From Octopus sinensis (taxonomy: Eukaryota), in contig NC_043010.1 of assembly GCF_006345805.1 (NCBI RefSeq), positions 55,862,001-55,926,000 of the forward strand: a stretch of DNA of 64,000 nt, in the 5' to 3' direction. Shown piece after piece: positions 25,633 to 37,626 of this stretch. The notes under the pieces were generated by a model. It searched no databases. It was not told the DNA's origin and saw only the letters and a program-made list of their open reading frames with translations. The first letter of the stretch is position 1. The number at the start of each line of letters is the position of its first letter. A program made the translations under genes and the position numbers.

Positions 25633-26080
25633 TATATATATATATATATAAGAATATTTTTTTAAAAAAGAGAAAAGAAAAGAAAAAAAGCAAATTTGAA
25701 TTTTAACCGTTGTCCGCGATAATAGTGACAAATACGTATATGTGTAGATGGATAAGCGTATAGGGATGTATACTTTAAGATTATACGTATATATGTGAGT
25801 GTGTATAAGTGTCTATATGATTGTGTGTGCTTGTTTATATGTATAGGTAGGTTTATATTTGCATGTATGTATCTAAGACATTGCATTCATTCACCGTTAG
25901 ACGGTGGTGAGAGGGACACACGTACACACACACGTGTGTGTGTGTACAACTTTCGACATGGTAACAGTCATGTATACAACTTGGACACATGTCAGTACAT
26001 AAACATACGTTCATATGTACATACACATGTACCCCCCCCCCCCACACACATACATATATATACATACATACATATATACA

Positions 26081-26114
<34 letters not shown>

Positions 26115-26124
26115 CATACATACA

Positions 26125-26158
<34 letters not shown>

Positions 26159-26244
26159 CATACATACATACATACATATGATTTTTAGTGATGGCTTTAC
26201 ATATTAACACACGGCCAACGTAGTGTGTGTCTGAGGATGCATAC

Positions 26245-26289
<45 letters not shown>

Positions 26290-26291
<2 letters not shown>

Positions 26292-26384
26292 CTATAAAAT
26301 AATATGTTACATTACTCGATAGTCAAGATAAAACTCTGAGTTTTATCTTGACTGCCGAGTAATGTAACATATTAATTTATAGAT
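26290..26384. repeat. Fold-back inverted repeat, 47-bp arms
   Basis: atctataaaataatatgttacattactcgatagtcaagataaaactc is followed after one base by its reverse complement with 3 mismatches. Confidence 0.9.
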
Positions 26385-26446
26385 AAATTTCCTCTATTTA
26401 CATAATATTGAGGTCTCTTTCTTTCTTTTGTTATCTTACCGTTTTA

Positions 26447-26494
<48 letters not shown>

Positions 26495-26496
26495 AT

Positions 26497-27068
26497 TCAC
26501 ACATTCAGACAATCAAGGAGATCTTGTGCAACTGAAACCCGAATGTCTTTTTGGTCAGCTGAAAGCAGTTTTGGCGCAAACTTGGAAGACACGCGTCTCA
26601 TACCCAAGTCTTCAGTAACAATGGACTGAACTGAACCGTGACTAATCTGCACATCCTCTGATAACTCACGGATGGTGATTTGACGATTTCCCCTCATAGC
26701 TGCAAGCACATCTGCGATGTTTTTCTCAGTTCTGCTGGTTGCGGGTCTCCCAGAACGTCCGTAAATATCGACATTTTTCGGCCATCTTGAAAACATTTGA
26801 ACCACTCGTACACTTGTGTGCGGCTCATACTCTCCTCTCCTCTCCATACACTTTCTGCAACTTCGCGTTGGCCTCTGAGAAGGTATCGCCATAACAACTT
26901 TCTCTGTCATGGTCAATGCGACGATTCCACTCTACACATGTTTCTTCCAGGCACTGCTGTAAACAGCGGAAGTGAGCCAGAACGTTAGAACTGAGTGCGC
27001 ATGCACTTTGCGTGCTTTAGCTTCATTACTATAGCAACAGTCCGGATACTTATTGATCAGACCTCATA
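26497..27068 (-). mobile_element. mariner (DD34D-type) 5' fragment with terminal inverted repeat
   Basis: MSRTQVYEWFK.F..G, RSGRP, ITIRELSEDVQISHGSVQSIVTEDLGMRRVSSKFAPKLL; terminus tatgaggtctgatcaataagtatccggact after TA. Confidence 0.88.
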
Positions 27069-27109
27069 TATTTTCACCTATATAACAGCATGTTTACAAA
27101 TCTACCTGT

Positions 27110-27149
27110 GCATGCATATATGTATATATACACACACATATATATATGT

Positions 27150-27184
<35 letters not shown>

Positions 27185-27383
27185 CATACATACATATATA
27201 TACATACATACATACATATATATATATATACATACATACATACATATATATATATATACATATATACATATATATATATATATACATACATACATATACA
27301 TACATACACATATATATACATACATACACATATATATACATACATATATATTTACATACATACATACATATATATATATATAC

Positions 27384-27422
<39 letters not shown>

Positions 27423-27647
27423 ACATACATATATATACATACATATATATAACGGGAAGCTTTATGAACATAAACAAAAGACGAAGGCAGGTGGAATACA
27501 AACAAACAATTGTATTAGTATGGCGCTCAGGAATATAAATAAAACAAGTCTTTTACGTTTCGAGCCTACACTCTTCAACAGAAAGATACACAGAGAAGAA
27601 ACAAGGAGAGAAAAAAATGCGTGTAGAGGCTAGCGAATCAACAATAT

Positions 27648-27680
<33 letters not shown>

Positions 27681-27699
27681 CATACATACATATATATAC

Positions 27700-27730
<31 letters not shown>

Positions 27731-28010
27731 CATGCATATATACGTACATATATATACATACATACATACATACATATATATACATACATACATTTTATAT
27801 ATATACATACATACATATATATATACATACATACATATATATATACATACATACATATATATTCATACATACATACATACATACATGCATATATATATAA
27901 ATATACACATACATACATACATATATATATAAATATACACATACATACATACATACATATATATATAAATATACACATACATACATACATACATACATAT
28001 ATAAATATAC

Positions 28011-28045
<35 letters not shown>

Positions 28046-28111
28046 TAAATATACACATACATACATACATACATACATATATAATATATATACATATATA
28101 TATAAATATAC

Positions 28112-28142
<31 letters not shown>

Positions 28143-28151
28143 TAAATATAC

Positions 28152-28182
<31 letters not shown>

Positions 28183-28195
28183 TATATAAATATAC

Positions 28196-28226
<31 letters not shown>

Positions 28227-28239
28227 TATATAAATATAC

Positions 28240-28270
<31 letters not shown>

Positions 28271-28323
28271 TATATAAATATACACATACATACATACATA
28301 CATATATATATATATAAATATAC

Positions 28324-28358
<35 letters not shown>

Positions 28359-28367
28359 TAAATATAC

Positions 28368-28398
<31 letters not shown>

Positions 28399-28619
28399 TA
28401 TAAATATATACATACATACATACATACATATATATATATAAATATACACATACATACATACATACATATATATATAAATATACACATACATACATACATA
28501 CATATATATATAAATATACACATACATACATACATACATATATATATAAATATACACATACATACATACATATATATATAAATATACACATACATACATA
28601 CATACATATATAAATATAC

Positions 28620-28654
<35 letters not shown>

Positions 28655-28663
28655 TAAATATAC

Positions 28664-28718
<55 letters not shown>

Positions 28719-28754
28719 TAAATATACACATACATACATACATACATACATACA

Positions 28755-28788
<34 letters not shown>

Positions 28789-28790
28789 AG
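27110..28790. repeat. (TA)/(TACA) microsatellite and a 30-36 bp minisatellite
   Basis: 27890-28790 is a tandem of (AT)n-aaatatacac-(ATAC)n units. Confidence 0.95.
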
Positions 28791-28799
28791 TATGTATGT

Positions 28800-29740
28800 G
28801 TGTTTCCGTGCTGCTTTGTTCAGGATCAAGTGTCGACCGAGGTTGGCGTGTGGCATCTAGAGTGCCATCAGGCCTCGTGCTTCTCTCCCAGTCGGGCAAC
28901 GCCGGTGGCGGGGGTACTACCTCGTTCTTCTATATAGGGTTAGTAGAGTTTAAGTGTGACGTCGTCCTGGGAGAAACCCTGGGCTTCGACGAAAATCAAC
29001 TGGCCAGCCTGTTCCAAAGAACATTCGGTCCGGGGCCTATGGATAATTACCAAAAGTCCCTGGCCTGGCAATGTTACAGAGGAGCTTTACCGGTTCGAGA
29101 TAAGCTCTTTAGACATGGGTGTGCACCTTCGCCGGTTTGTGCAAGATGTAAGAGGGACAGTGAAACTGTCCTGCACGCGATTGTGCAATGCCCCAAGGTG
29201 ACTGAACTCTGGGCTTATGTCGAACACCTGCTGTCAATCTGTAATTAAGATAGTTCCGCCGAATAGGGAGGAGCGAGCCTGTTTTCTCTCGGTAGTTGCT
29301 ATGGCGAAAGAAGTAGTGTGGAAGACGAGAGTAAAAGGAATTGCAACAGGCATGTTTATCTCCAGTCTCGAGCTAATCGACTTTTTCGTTTTCCACATGA
29401 AACGGAAAATAAGACTGGAGAAGAAATGCCTGTCGCAAAGTGTGTTTCGTAAAAGATGGAAGTCTATAGCAAGTATGTTGCGAGTGAAAGAACCTGTTTA
29501 ACCGAGAACGTAAAAAAGGAGAAAGCAGGATCTTCAGTGTGAGTATGTGGTTTGTGGGGTCAACCACGTCCTCCGCTTCATTTTTTGTTATTCACTCATT
29601 CTCATTTAATTGTATATATTTTAATTGTTTGTTTATTCATACGTTTCGTCTCATTCGGTACCCTGACCCCAACGTTTGTTTTGTCCCCTCTTTTTCTCAA
29701 ACTTATGGTGAATAAAGAAATACTCTCTCTCTCTTCCCCT
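28800..29740 (+). mobile_element. L1/Tx1-clade LINE 3' end (zf-RVT domain and 3' UTR)
   Basis: LAWQCYRGALPVRDKLFRHG..CARC..ETVLHAIVQCP..W; aataaa near 29711. Confidence 0.85.
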
Positions 29741-30138
29741 AAACTCAACTGCTCACACCACCGGCAGCATAATTGAAAAAGGAAGAGTTGCGGAAAGCTA
29801 AGACAGAGAGAGGGAAGGTAGGAGACAGGAAAGGAAAGAGCAGAATGGAGATAGGAGAGGGGGGAGTGTCTGAGGAGGAAAAGGAGGGGAGGAAGGGGAG
29901 GAGAGATCAAGTGTTGTTTCGTTGCTTAGCAACAGAAAAGTCACTCGACTCCTCTTTCATCAATCAGCCAGGTATTTATTGATCTTTGATTAATTATGTA
30001 ACAAAAATACAGCTGTGGACGTTGTTGGTGTTTGCTCCAGATCAGTCGGGATCCTGCACTGTGATCAAAGAAGTTTCAGCCCGTTTGAACACCCCGTCTT
30101 GGATTTAGACACAGTAAATCTAGGACTACATCATTTCA

Positions 30139-31580
30139 TGTATAGCGGTTAGTCTCAGTAGCTTTAGTTAATGGACGGTCGTGGTGTCACGTGGTGAAAC
30201 CATCTAATAACGACTGCGTTCGGAAAGCTGGAATGTAATTCGAAGAAAGAACACTTTACAACGAATATCCACAGAACCAAGCTGTAGCTTTCAAATGCCT
30301 TTTACTCTCGATCACAAATATATACAAGTTGAATAAATCATGAAAGTTATTTAGAAGTGTTCAGCTTCCGTGTATCCTACGTCATATCTGCTCCAATGTC
30401 TATTGGCTGTTGCGTGTCTTATGCAGGAGCTAATGAGGTCACGTCCTCGCACGCTGCTGTCGCGATGACAAAGAGAAAGGACTGAGTGCCGGAGCCTCAC
30501 GTGCTGCCACCGAGTGGCGAACTATTTAGACAGCTAGTCAGGGGAGGTAACTGCGCCTACATCCCCCACCCTTAGACTGCAAACGGTCTAACAAAAGGAA
30601 GGTAGGCGAAACGTACGTGTGCAACAGAAGGGTACAGAAGAATGAAACACGGCAAGACAGTTGTATGAACAATGCAAGAGTACAAACATGGAAGAAACAT
30701 GCAGAAAAAAATGTATGTTCTTGTAGAGAACGAAATGTATGAAAGACAGAATCGGAACTATGGCAGAACAATTGAAAAAATACATTTGCAAATGTGTACA
30801 AAGAAAGAAACATTCAGCAAAGAAAGATGTCCAATCAAACAGAACGAAGTATGATAGAAAAATCTTGTTGAAAGATGTGCGTGTATGCTGCGTATGTACA
30901 TATAGTGTTTCTTTGTAAGGAAACGTGTGAAAATGCACAATGATAGAGAAAGAGGAGAACTATGAGTGCGGTGTGTATAAGAAACATGAGTCTATTCTGC
31001 GGAGCAGTCACTGGTAAGTCAAAGTTAAGGAATGTAAATAGTCTGAGACAATTTCTTCAGCCAATGAACAGATCTGCCAGAAGGTGTCCTGTAGGGTGAA
31101 GAATGTGCTTGTGTAGTTGGTGTTTTGGTGAGTGGAGGTGGTGCTTGTGGGGATGGAGTTAGCAGTGCTTGTGGAATGATGGGTGTGTCAGCAAGTGGCA
31201 TAAAGGTTTCAGAAAAGGATTTTTTAAAACTTTGTCGATAGAGACAGTCTCATTTTTTTTCTCCGTGAATGTCCACAGTAAACAGCTTCGGTGAGTTCCT
31301 GAGAACACGATGGGGACCAGAGTAGGGAGGTGTGGGCGGTCCCTTGACGGCATCATTCCTTACAAACACGTGAGTTTAAGTAGAAATATCCGGAGGTACT
31401 GCAGAAGAAACAGACTGGGCGCAAGGAAGCATTGGTGGCAGGTCAGCAAAGAATGACCTGAGTCGCGTGACGTAAGATGCAGGATCCGCATTCGGTAAGT
31501 CGACCCTGACTAAGCCGGCATTGTTGTGACCTCTGGAATGCCAGTCGGGCTTGCCAGATCAGCTGGAGTTAGGTTTGCAC
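30139..31580 (-). mobile_element. Gypsy (CsRn1-like) integrase C-terminus, PPT and 3' LTR
   Basis: THVFVRNDAVKG..PPYSGP.RVL..FTVDI..ETVSIDK.LK; PPT aagggtggggga followed by TGTAG (LTR start at 30561); putative LTR end ..TATACA at 30139. Confidence 0.7.
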
Positions 31581-31859
31581 ATACAGTTCACCCAGCAGTT
31601 AACCCCGCCTCTGACATTTAAAATCTTCTGTAAATCAGTCCAAGCTGGTTAATCAAGAGAAAAGAATTCTTAAATGAAAACCAAGGAATATTTTAATGTA
31701 AAACGTCTGTGAAACAAAAACGTACAGCTACAGTAATTCTCTTGGCAACTCCTACATTAATAGGCCACTGAACCGGAAATTATGTCCAAATTAGGGACAG
31801 AATCGAATTATCATTGGTAGCCAGATTAGTGATGGTCGACTTTTTCCTCCATCTCTCTC

Positions 31860-31861
<2 letters not shown>

Positions 31862-31909
<48 letters not shown>

Positions 31910-32260
31910 TTAGAGGGTGTGTTAACCTCATGAAGGGATAGTTTCATCCAAAGAGATACTGGTTCAATACCTAGTATCTCTGGTTCAATACCTAGTAATT
32001 TCCTTATACTAATAGGTGGATATATAAAAACCTTCATAAAAATATTCATATAAAAAACGAAAAAGAAAATGGAAATTGGGAAGTTACTAATTGTTTATAA
32101 TTAACAGCAAATTAATCATCAATGCTTACAGCTGTTTCAATAAATATTCAATGAATATTAAATTTATATGACCTGAGCAGAATATCTTCAGAGAGAAAAA
32201 ATATACCTTTGGATTTGTGTACGTGTGGACGTATGTATATGTGTGAGTATATGCGTGTGC

Positions 32261-32329
<69 letters not shown>

Positions 32330-32387
32330 GTGTGTGTGTGTATATATATATATATTATATATATATATATATATGTATATGTGTGTG

Positions 32388-32420
<33 letters not shown>

Positions 32421-32534
32421 TAATAAAAGGAATTCCAACCTTGTCTGATTTTCACGTTTTATTTACAATGATATAAGATAATATAATATAATAAAATAAA
32501 ATAAAATAATAGAATGTTAAATGTTCATTCTGAT

Positions 32535-32615
<81 letters not shown>

Positions 32616-32644
32616 GATATATATAGATATATACATATACATAC

Positions 32645-32708
<64 letters not shown>

Positions 32709-32745
32709 TAATATATGCACACACATATATATATATATATATACA
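31862..32745. repeat. (TA)n-dominated simple repeats
   Basis: Long TA runs with TG/CA interruptions. Confidence 0.9.
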
Positions 32746-32749
32746 TATA

Positions 32750-32960
32750 TTTGTGTGTCTGTGTTTATGTGTGTGTTGTCCCCCTCCATCGCTTGACAAC
32801 CGATGTTGGTGTGTTTACGTCCCCGTAACTAAGCGGTTCGGCAAAAGATACCGATAGAATAAGTATTAGGCTTACAAAGAATAAGTCCTGGGGTTGATTT
32901 GTTCGACTAAGGCGGTGCTCCAGCATGGCCGCATGCAAATGACTAAAACAAAAAAACTAA
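32750..32960 (+). mobile_element. SINE 3' half with LINE-related tail
   Basis: cgcttgacaaccgatg..cccgtaac.tagcggttcggc..ggcggtgctccagcatggcc; inverted copies at 45030-45170 and 52300-52520. Confidence 0.85.
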
Positions 32961-33156
32961 AAGAATATATATAGATGTTGGGTATGTTCCTAGTAGTTAG
33001 CCGATGAAGCACATCTACTGCCAATGGCTACCTGGCGTCATCAACGGTAGTCAGACAATTATCGTTGGACTTACAAATGACAGAGACGGAAAATGAAGCA
33101 TACGAAAAACGTTGTAAAGTTTCTTGTATATTCCATTTTCCGTGTCTACCATTTGT

Positions 33157-33190
<34 letters not shown>

Positions 33191-33191
<1 letters not shown>

Positions 33192-33351
33192 GACGGGCTT
33201 CTTTCAGTTTCCGTCTACTAAATCCACTCACAAGGCTTTGGTCGGCTCGAGGCTATAGTAGAAGACATTTGACCAAGGTGCCACGTAAGGGACTGAACCC
33301 AGAACCATTGGTTTGGAAGCAAGCTTCTTACCATACAGTCATGCCTGCGCC
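33191..33351 (-). mobile_element. SINE 5' half (tRNA head and CORE-like block)
   Basis: ggcgcaggcatgactgtatggtaag..ggttcagtccc..gcaccttggtcaaatgtctt; ends in (TA)n. Confidence 0.8.
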
Positions 33352-33386
33352 TATTATAAATTGTCTTCAATATTTAACGCTCCCAC

Positions 33387-34002
33387 GGCGGCGGCAAGCT
33401 GGCAAAATCGTTAGCACGCCGGGCAAAATGCTCGGCAGCATTTCGTCCGTCTTTACGTTCTGAGTTCATATTCTGTCGGGGTCCACTTTGACTTTCATTC
33501 TTTCGATAAAATAAGTACCAGTTGAACAATGGGGATCGATGCAATCGACAGCCTTTCCCTAAACCTGCTGGTCTGTTGACAAAATTTGAAACTAATATTT
33601 GATATTTCCAGCATTAAATTTGATAATACTAACTCGAATATTCTTTTCTACTCTAGGCACAAGACCTGAAATTTTGGGGTAGGGGCCAGTCAATTAGATC
33701 GAGTCCAGTATGCAACTGGTACTTAATTTATCAACCCCGAAAGGATGAAAGGCAAAGTCGACCTTGTGGGTAGTAAAGAAATACCTATTTCTTTACTACC
33801 TACAAGGGGCTAAACACAGAGAGGACAAACAAGGACAGATAAACGGATTAAATCGATTATATCGACCCCAGTGCGTAACTGGTACTTAATTTATCGACCC
33901 CGAAAGGATGAAAGACAAAGTCGACCTCGGCGGAATTTGAACTCAGAACATAAAGACAGACGAAATACCGCTAAGCATTTCGCCCAGCGTGCTAACGATT
34001 CT
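33387..34002. mobile_element. Three SINE copies of one family: 33387-33600 (+), 33640-33765 (-), 33766-34002 (-)
   Basis: Same consensus as 19160, present in both orientations. Confidence 0.88.
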
Positions 34003-34149
34003 TGCATAACATTAAGTAGAAAGTGGAAAGGTTGATGCGTATTGGCCATGTTTGTACTGTTCCCAAGGAAAACAAAACTTTTCCGGCTCAGAATGGAATT
34101 TCAGGGAACACTAAACTTTGAATACCATTTTCAGCGACAGTGAGTAAGT

Positions 34150-34162
34150 GAGAGTGAGAGAG

Positions 34163-34236
<74 letters not shown>

Positions 34237-34240
34237 TGGT
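34150..34240. repeat. (GA)/(GT)n microsatellite
   Basis: Dinucleotide runs. Confidence 0.95.
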
Positions 34241-35342
34241 TAAATGGTAGTGGCTACGGAGTAGCGTTTAGTTGTCAAATTTCATCAATGGGATATCAGA
34301 CAGATATGTTCGATCAATGGGGTTTTATGATTTGTAACAGAGAATACGGCGGATTGGGGCATCACTTACCACCGCTATTTCCTCCCCACTTTCTCACTAA
34401 CAAACTCTATGACGATCGTTTTATCAACACATCCAACAAGCTCCGTCTGCTCACCAATCAGCTTTCCACTCAATCCAACCAGAAACACCATTCAACTGTT
34501 TGCTCTAATTATCATTTCAAACAAATTGCATTTGTCTTCGATGCTGAACGCTCACTGCTAAGAAGAGGCCATAGTTTTTATGCAACTCAATTTCGTCAAT
34601 CGAAATGATTTCGCTCGAAGCGTTGAAAGAACGCTTTCTTCGTCGGACGCAGTTTCTCGGTTTTTTTCTTTTTTCTATTTATTATTATTTTTTTGTAAAA
34701 GACTAAACAAATCTCAGGATGCCGACTTCTACAGCGAACTTAACGACGTAGCTGCTCTAGATGAACACCAAATTTAAGGTAGTTCTGCTCTGTTGGCCTG
34801 CTTATGAAGGAGTGTGATCGTCAGATACCATATTAAAAGGTAATATATATTACAATACATGGTACTACATGACAGACACAATAGTTGAAACATAGCAAGA
34901 CCAAATACTAAAACTAATTGTTAGTTTGGATGGAAATGAAGCGGGTGAAAAGAAGTCCACATAACTATTTAGTACCTTATTTGGTTTTGAAACCCAACTA
35001 TTAAAAGTGTTGGTGTTAGTTGTATGTACAATGGATTATGAGTGTTCGAACCTGATCTGGCTGTTGGCCGAATACATTTATAAGGAACGTAAAAATATAC
35101 GAGTGTGTTACATAAATATATGTGTGTATTACATGAATATGTCGGTTGCGTGTATATGTGTTTTATGACTATAAGTGTTTCGTAAATATGTGTATTTCGA
35201 AAATATATAAATGGGTTTTACATAAATACATCTGTGCGTAAAATATCAATCTGTTTCATAAGCATATATGTAGAGAGAGAGAGAGAGAGAGAAAGGGAGG
35301 GAGAGAGAGAGAGAGAGAAGCTGTGTGTTTCATTAATATATA

Positions 35343-36130
35343 TAGGGTGCGGTGAATAAACTGTCCTTTAAATTACGCAAAAATGAAAATACCACTGACA
35401 TCTCATTTTAACAGATATATTTACCAAAATTACACAAAAATATCTTGAAATACTAAAGAGTAAATTTATTCAATAAAATCGCCATTGATTTCAACCATGG
35501 CCTCCAGACGACTTTGGAATCTCCTACAATTCTTCTGGATGGTCTCCTTGTTTAAGTTGGTAAATGCTTCTATAATTCTTGTCTTCGGTTCATCTTTGGT
35601 GTTACAAGGAGTTTTGTTGGTCTCTCGCTCAATTGTGCCCCACACATAATAATCAAGAGGGTTGCAGTCTGGGGTATTAGTTGGCAGATGTTAGGAGTGA
35701 TGTGGTCACAGAAATTGTCTGACAGCCATGACTGGATTCTCCTGCTTGTGTGACATGGTGCGGAGTCCTGTTGTCAGACATAGGGTCTTCCAACAGCCAC
35801 TCTCTTGAGCCAGGGCAGTACTACCTCCTCCAGGCACTTGATGTAGGCTTCCGTGTTGAGTCTGATGCCGTGTGGGAAGACGAATAGTGGCATAATATTC
35901 CCATCACTATAGTGATCACTCCAAACACCATGATGCTGACTGGATGTTTGATGTTTATCACTCTCGGTAGATGCATTGTCCTCAGATTGATACTCAAACA
36001 CACTGAAATGTTCGTATTGGAGCTTCCGGCATGTCGTTTCCAAATTTCTGGCTGAGTGAATTGCGTCATGGTGCAGTTTTCCTCTCAGACGTTGCCCAGC
36101 GGACCGTGCTATAGTGTGGAGTCGACAAAA
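35343..36130 (-). mobile_element. maT/DD37D-like transposon, internally deleted, with 3' terminus
   Basis: KHPVSIMVFGVI..DG..LNTEAYIKCL..GRPYV.QQDSAPCH..PLDYYVWG..RRFQSRLEAMVE; terminus tagggtgcggtgaataa at TA. Confidence 0.88.
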
Positions 36131-36402
36131 CGTGGACTTCATCAACTCCATCATTTCCTCTTGTTGATTGCTTTGATTTCTGGATGTGGTCATTATAAAG
36201 CATGGGAATAATTTTAATATATAAAACGCTGAATTACGTGTTAGATTTTTTTTCACTAAATTTAATAAGAAAAAGAAGTGGCTGCGTTGGGAGTAAGTAA
36301 AAGAAAAAGCGAAAGTCAACGAGAGAGAGAGAGAGACAGACAGACAGTGGGGTAGTGGATAAAGAGAGAGAACGAACGTATTAGATACACAAACAAACAG
36401 AT

Positions 36403-36449
<47 letters not shown>

Positions 36450-36789
36450 AAGACAGACAGATTAGAAGTGTGGTACGGTGCAAGACAGAAAAATTCTGAG
36501 AAGTTATCCAATAGCCAGACGAACGGAGAGTGAAAAGTAGATGGAAATGGAAAGGAAAAAATATTAGAAACTAGAGAGGAAAGATGGAAAGAAGTAAGCG
36601 CTCTTGCAGAGAGTGGAGATGTAAAGAGAGTAAAGAGGTATAGAGAGTGCATAATAGAGATAAAGAGAGAGGTGTGAGTGTGTGGGTAGGTATGTAAATT
36701 TTAAAGGTTATATTAAACACTGTGCGACACTCGTACTACTAGTTTCGGATGATATTTCGTGCTCATCAGGATAACTCGTTTACATGTTT

Positions 36790-37135
36790 TAAATTCTAGC
36801 AGCTATGAAACACACACACACATATATGAAGGAGATAGCCCCCTTCGGTCATGAATGACCATGGGATTGCACCTAGAAAGTTACCCTCCCAAGCACAAGT
36901 CCGGGCAAGGTTGTTTATGGAAGACCAGCAGTCGCCTCCCCTCTCTACACCACCGATGTTATCCAGGGGAAAGGCAAAGGGGCCGATACAGCTTGGCACC
37001 AGTGATGTCGCAACTCATTCCTACAGTTGAGTGAACTGGAGCAACGTGAAATAAAGTGTCTTGCTCAAGAACACAACACCCAGCCAGGTCCGGGAATCCA
37101 ACTCACAACCTCACGCTCGACTCTCTAACCACTGA
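36790..37135 (-). mobile_element. CORE-type tRNA-derived SINE
   Basis: cagtggttagagag..gagttggattcccgg head; gttgtgttcttgagcaagacacttt block resembling the CORE domain. Confidence 0.75.
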
Positions 37136-37300
37136 TCCATGCGTCTTCACCCCCCCCCCCTACACACACACACACATTATATCTATCTATCTATATATAT
37201 ATATATATATATTTGTAAATATGAATTCCAAAGTATTTCTATCGAGGATCGAATCCACGCCATGCCTGCAAGATCCATATATATATATATATATATATAT

Positions 37301-37478
37301 ATCAACAATCAAGGAACGGCCATAATAGGCCATTCACCCACTAGAAATAACAGCCAAAGCTTCAACCGCAAATAAAAATTAATTCCGTAAACCAGGAGAA
37401 TTTTTATTTGCGGTTGAAGCTTTGGCTGTTATTTCTAGTGGGTGAATGGCCTATTATGGCCGTTCCTTGATTGTTGAT
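37301..37478. repeat. Perfect palindrome, 80-bp arms with an 18-bp spacer
   Basis: 37301-37380 equals the reverse complement of 37399-37478. Confidence 0.95.
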
Positions 37479-37580
37479 GTTGAACTTAAAAATGGTCTAT
37501 GACTATTTAATTTTTTTCCCACTAGGCCGCTGGTGGCAAAAAAAAAATTCTACAAAATTTTTTTTGCCACCCTATATTGA

Positions 37581-37621
<41 letters not shown>

Positions 37622-37626
<5 letters not shown>

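Noticed and set aside
27553-28899. 448-aa ORF and the many other YIYI/MYVC/THTH ORFs (also 16.4-16.9, 25.8-26.3, 32.2-32.8, 41.2-44.1, 47.8-48.7, 61.4-61.9 kb)
   Set aside because: Translations of stop-free microsatellites, not genes.
30380-30550. Promoter-like CCAAT/E-box/CpG cluster
   Set aside because: It falls inside the inferred Gypsy 3' LTR (30139-30561); no evidence for a host promoter.
30580-30900. Cys/Lys-rich plus-strand reading resembling a piggyBac C-terminal domain
   Set aside because: It lies between a minus-strand Gypsy integrase C-terminus and its PPT/LTR, so it is better explained as antisense of that element.
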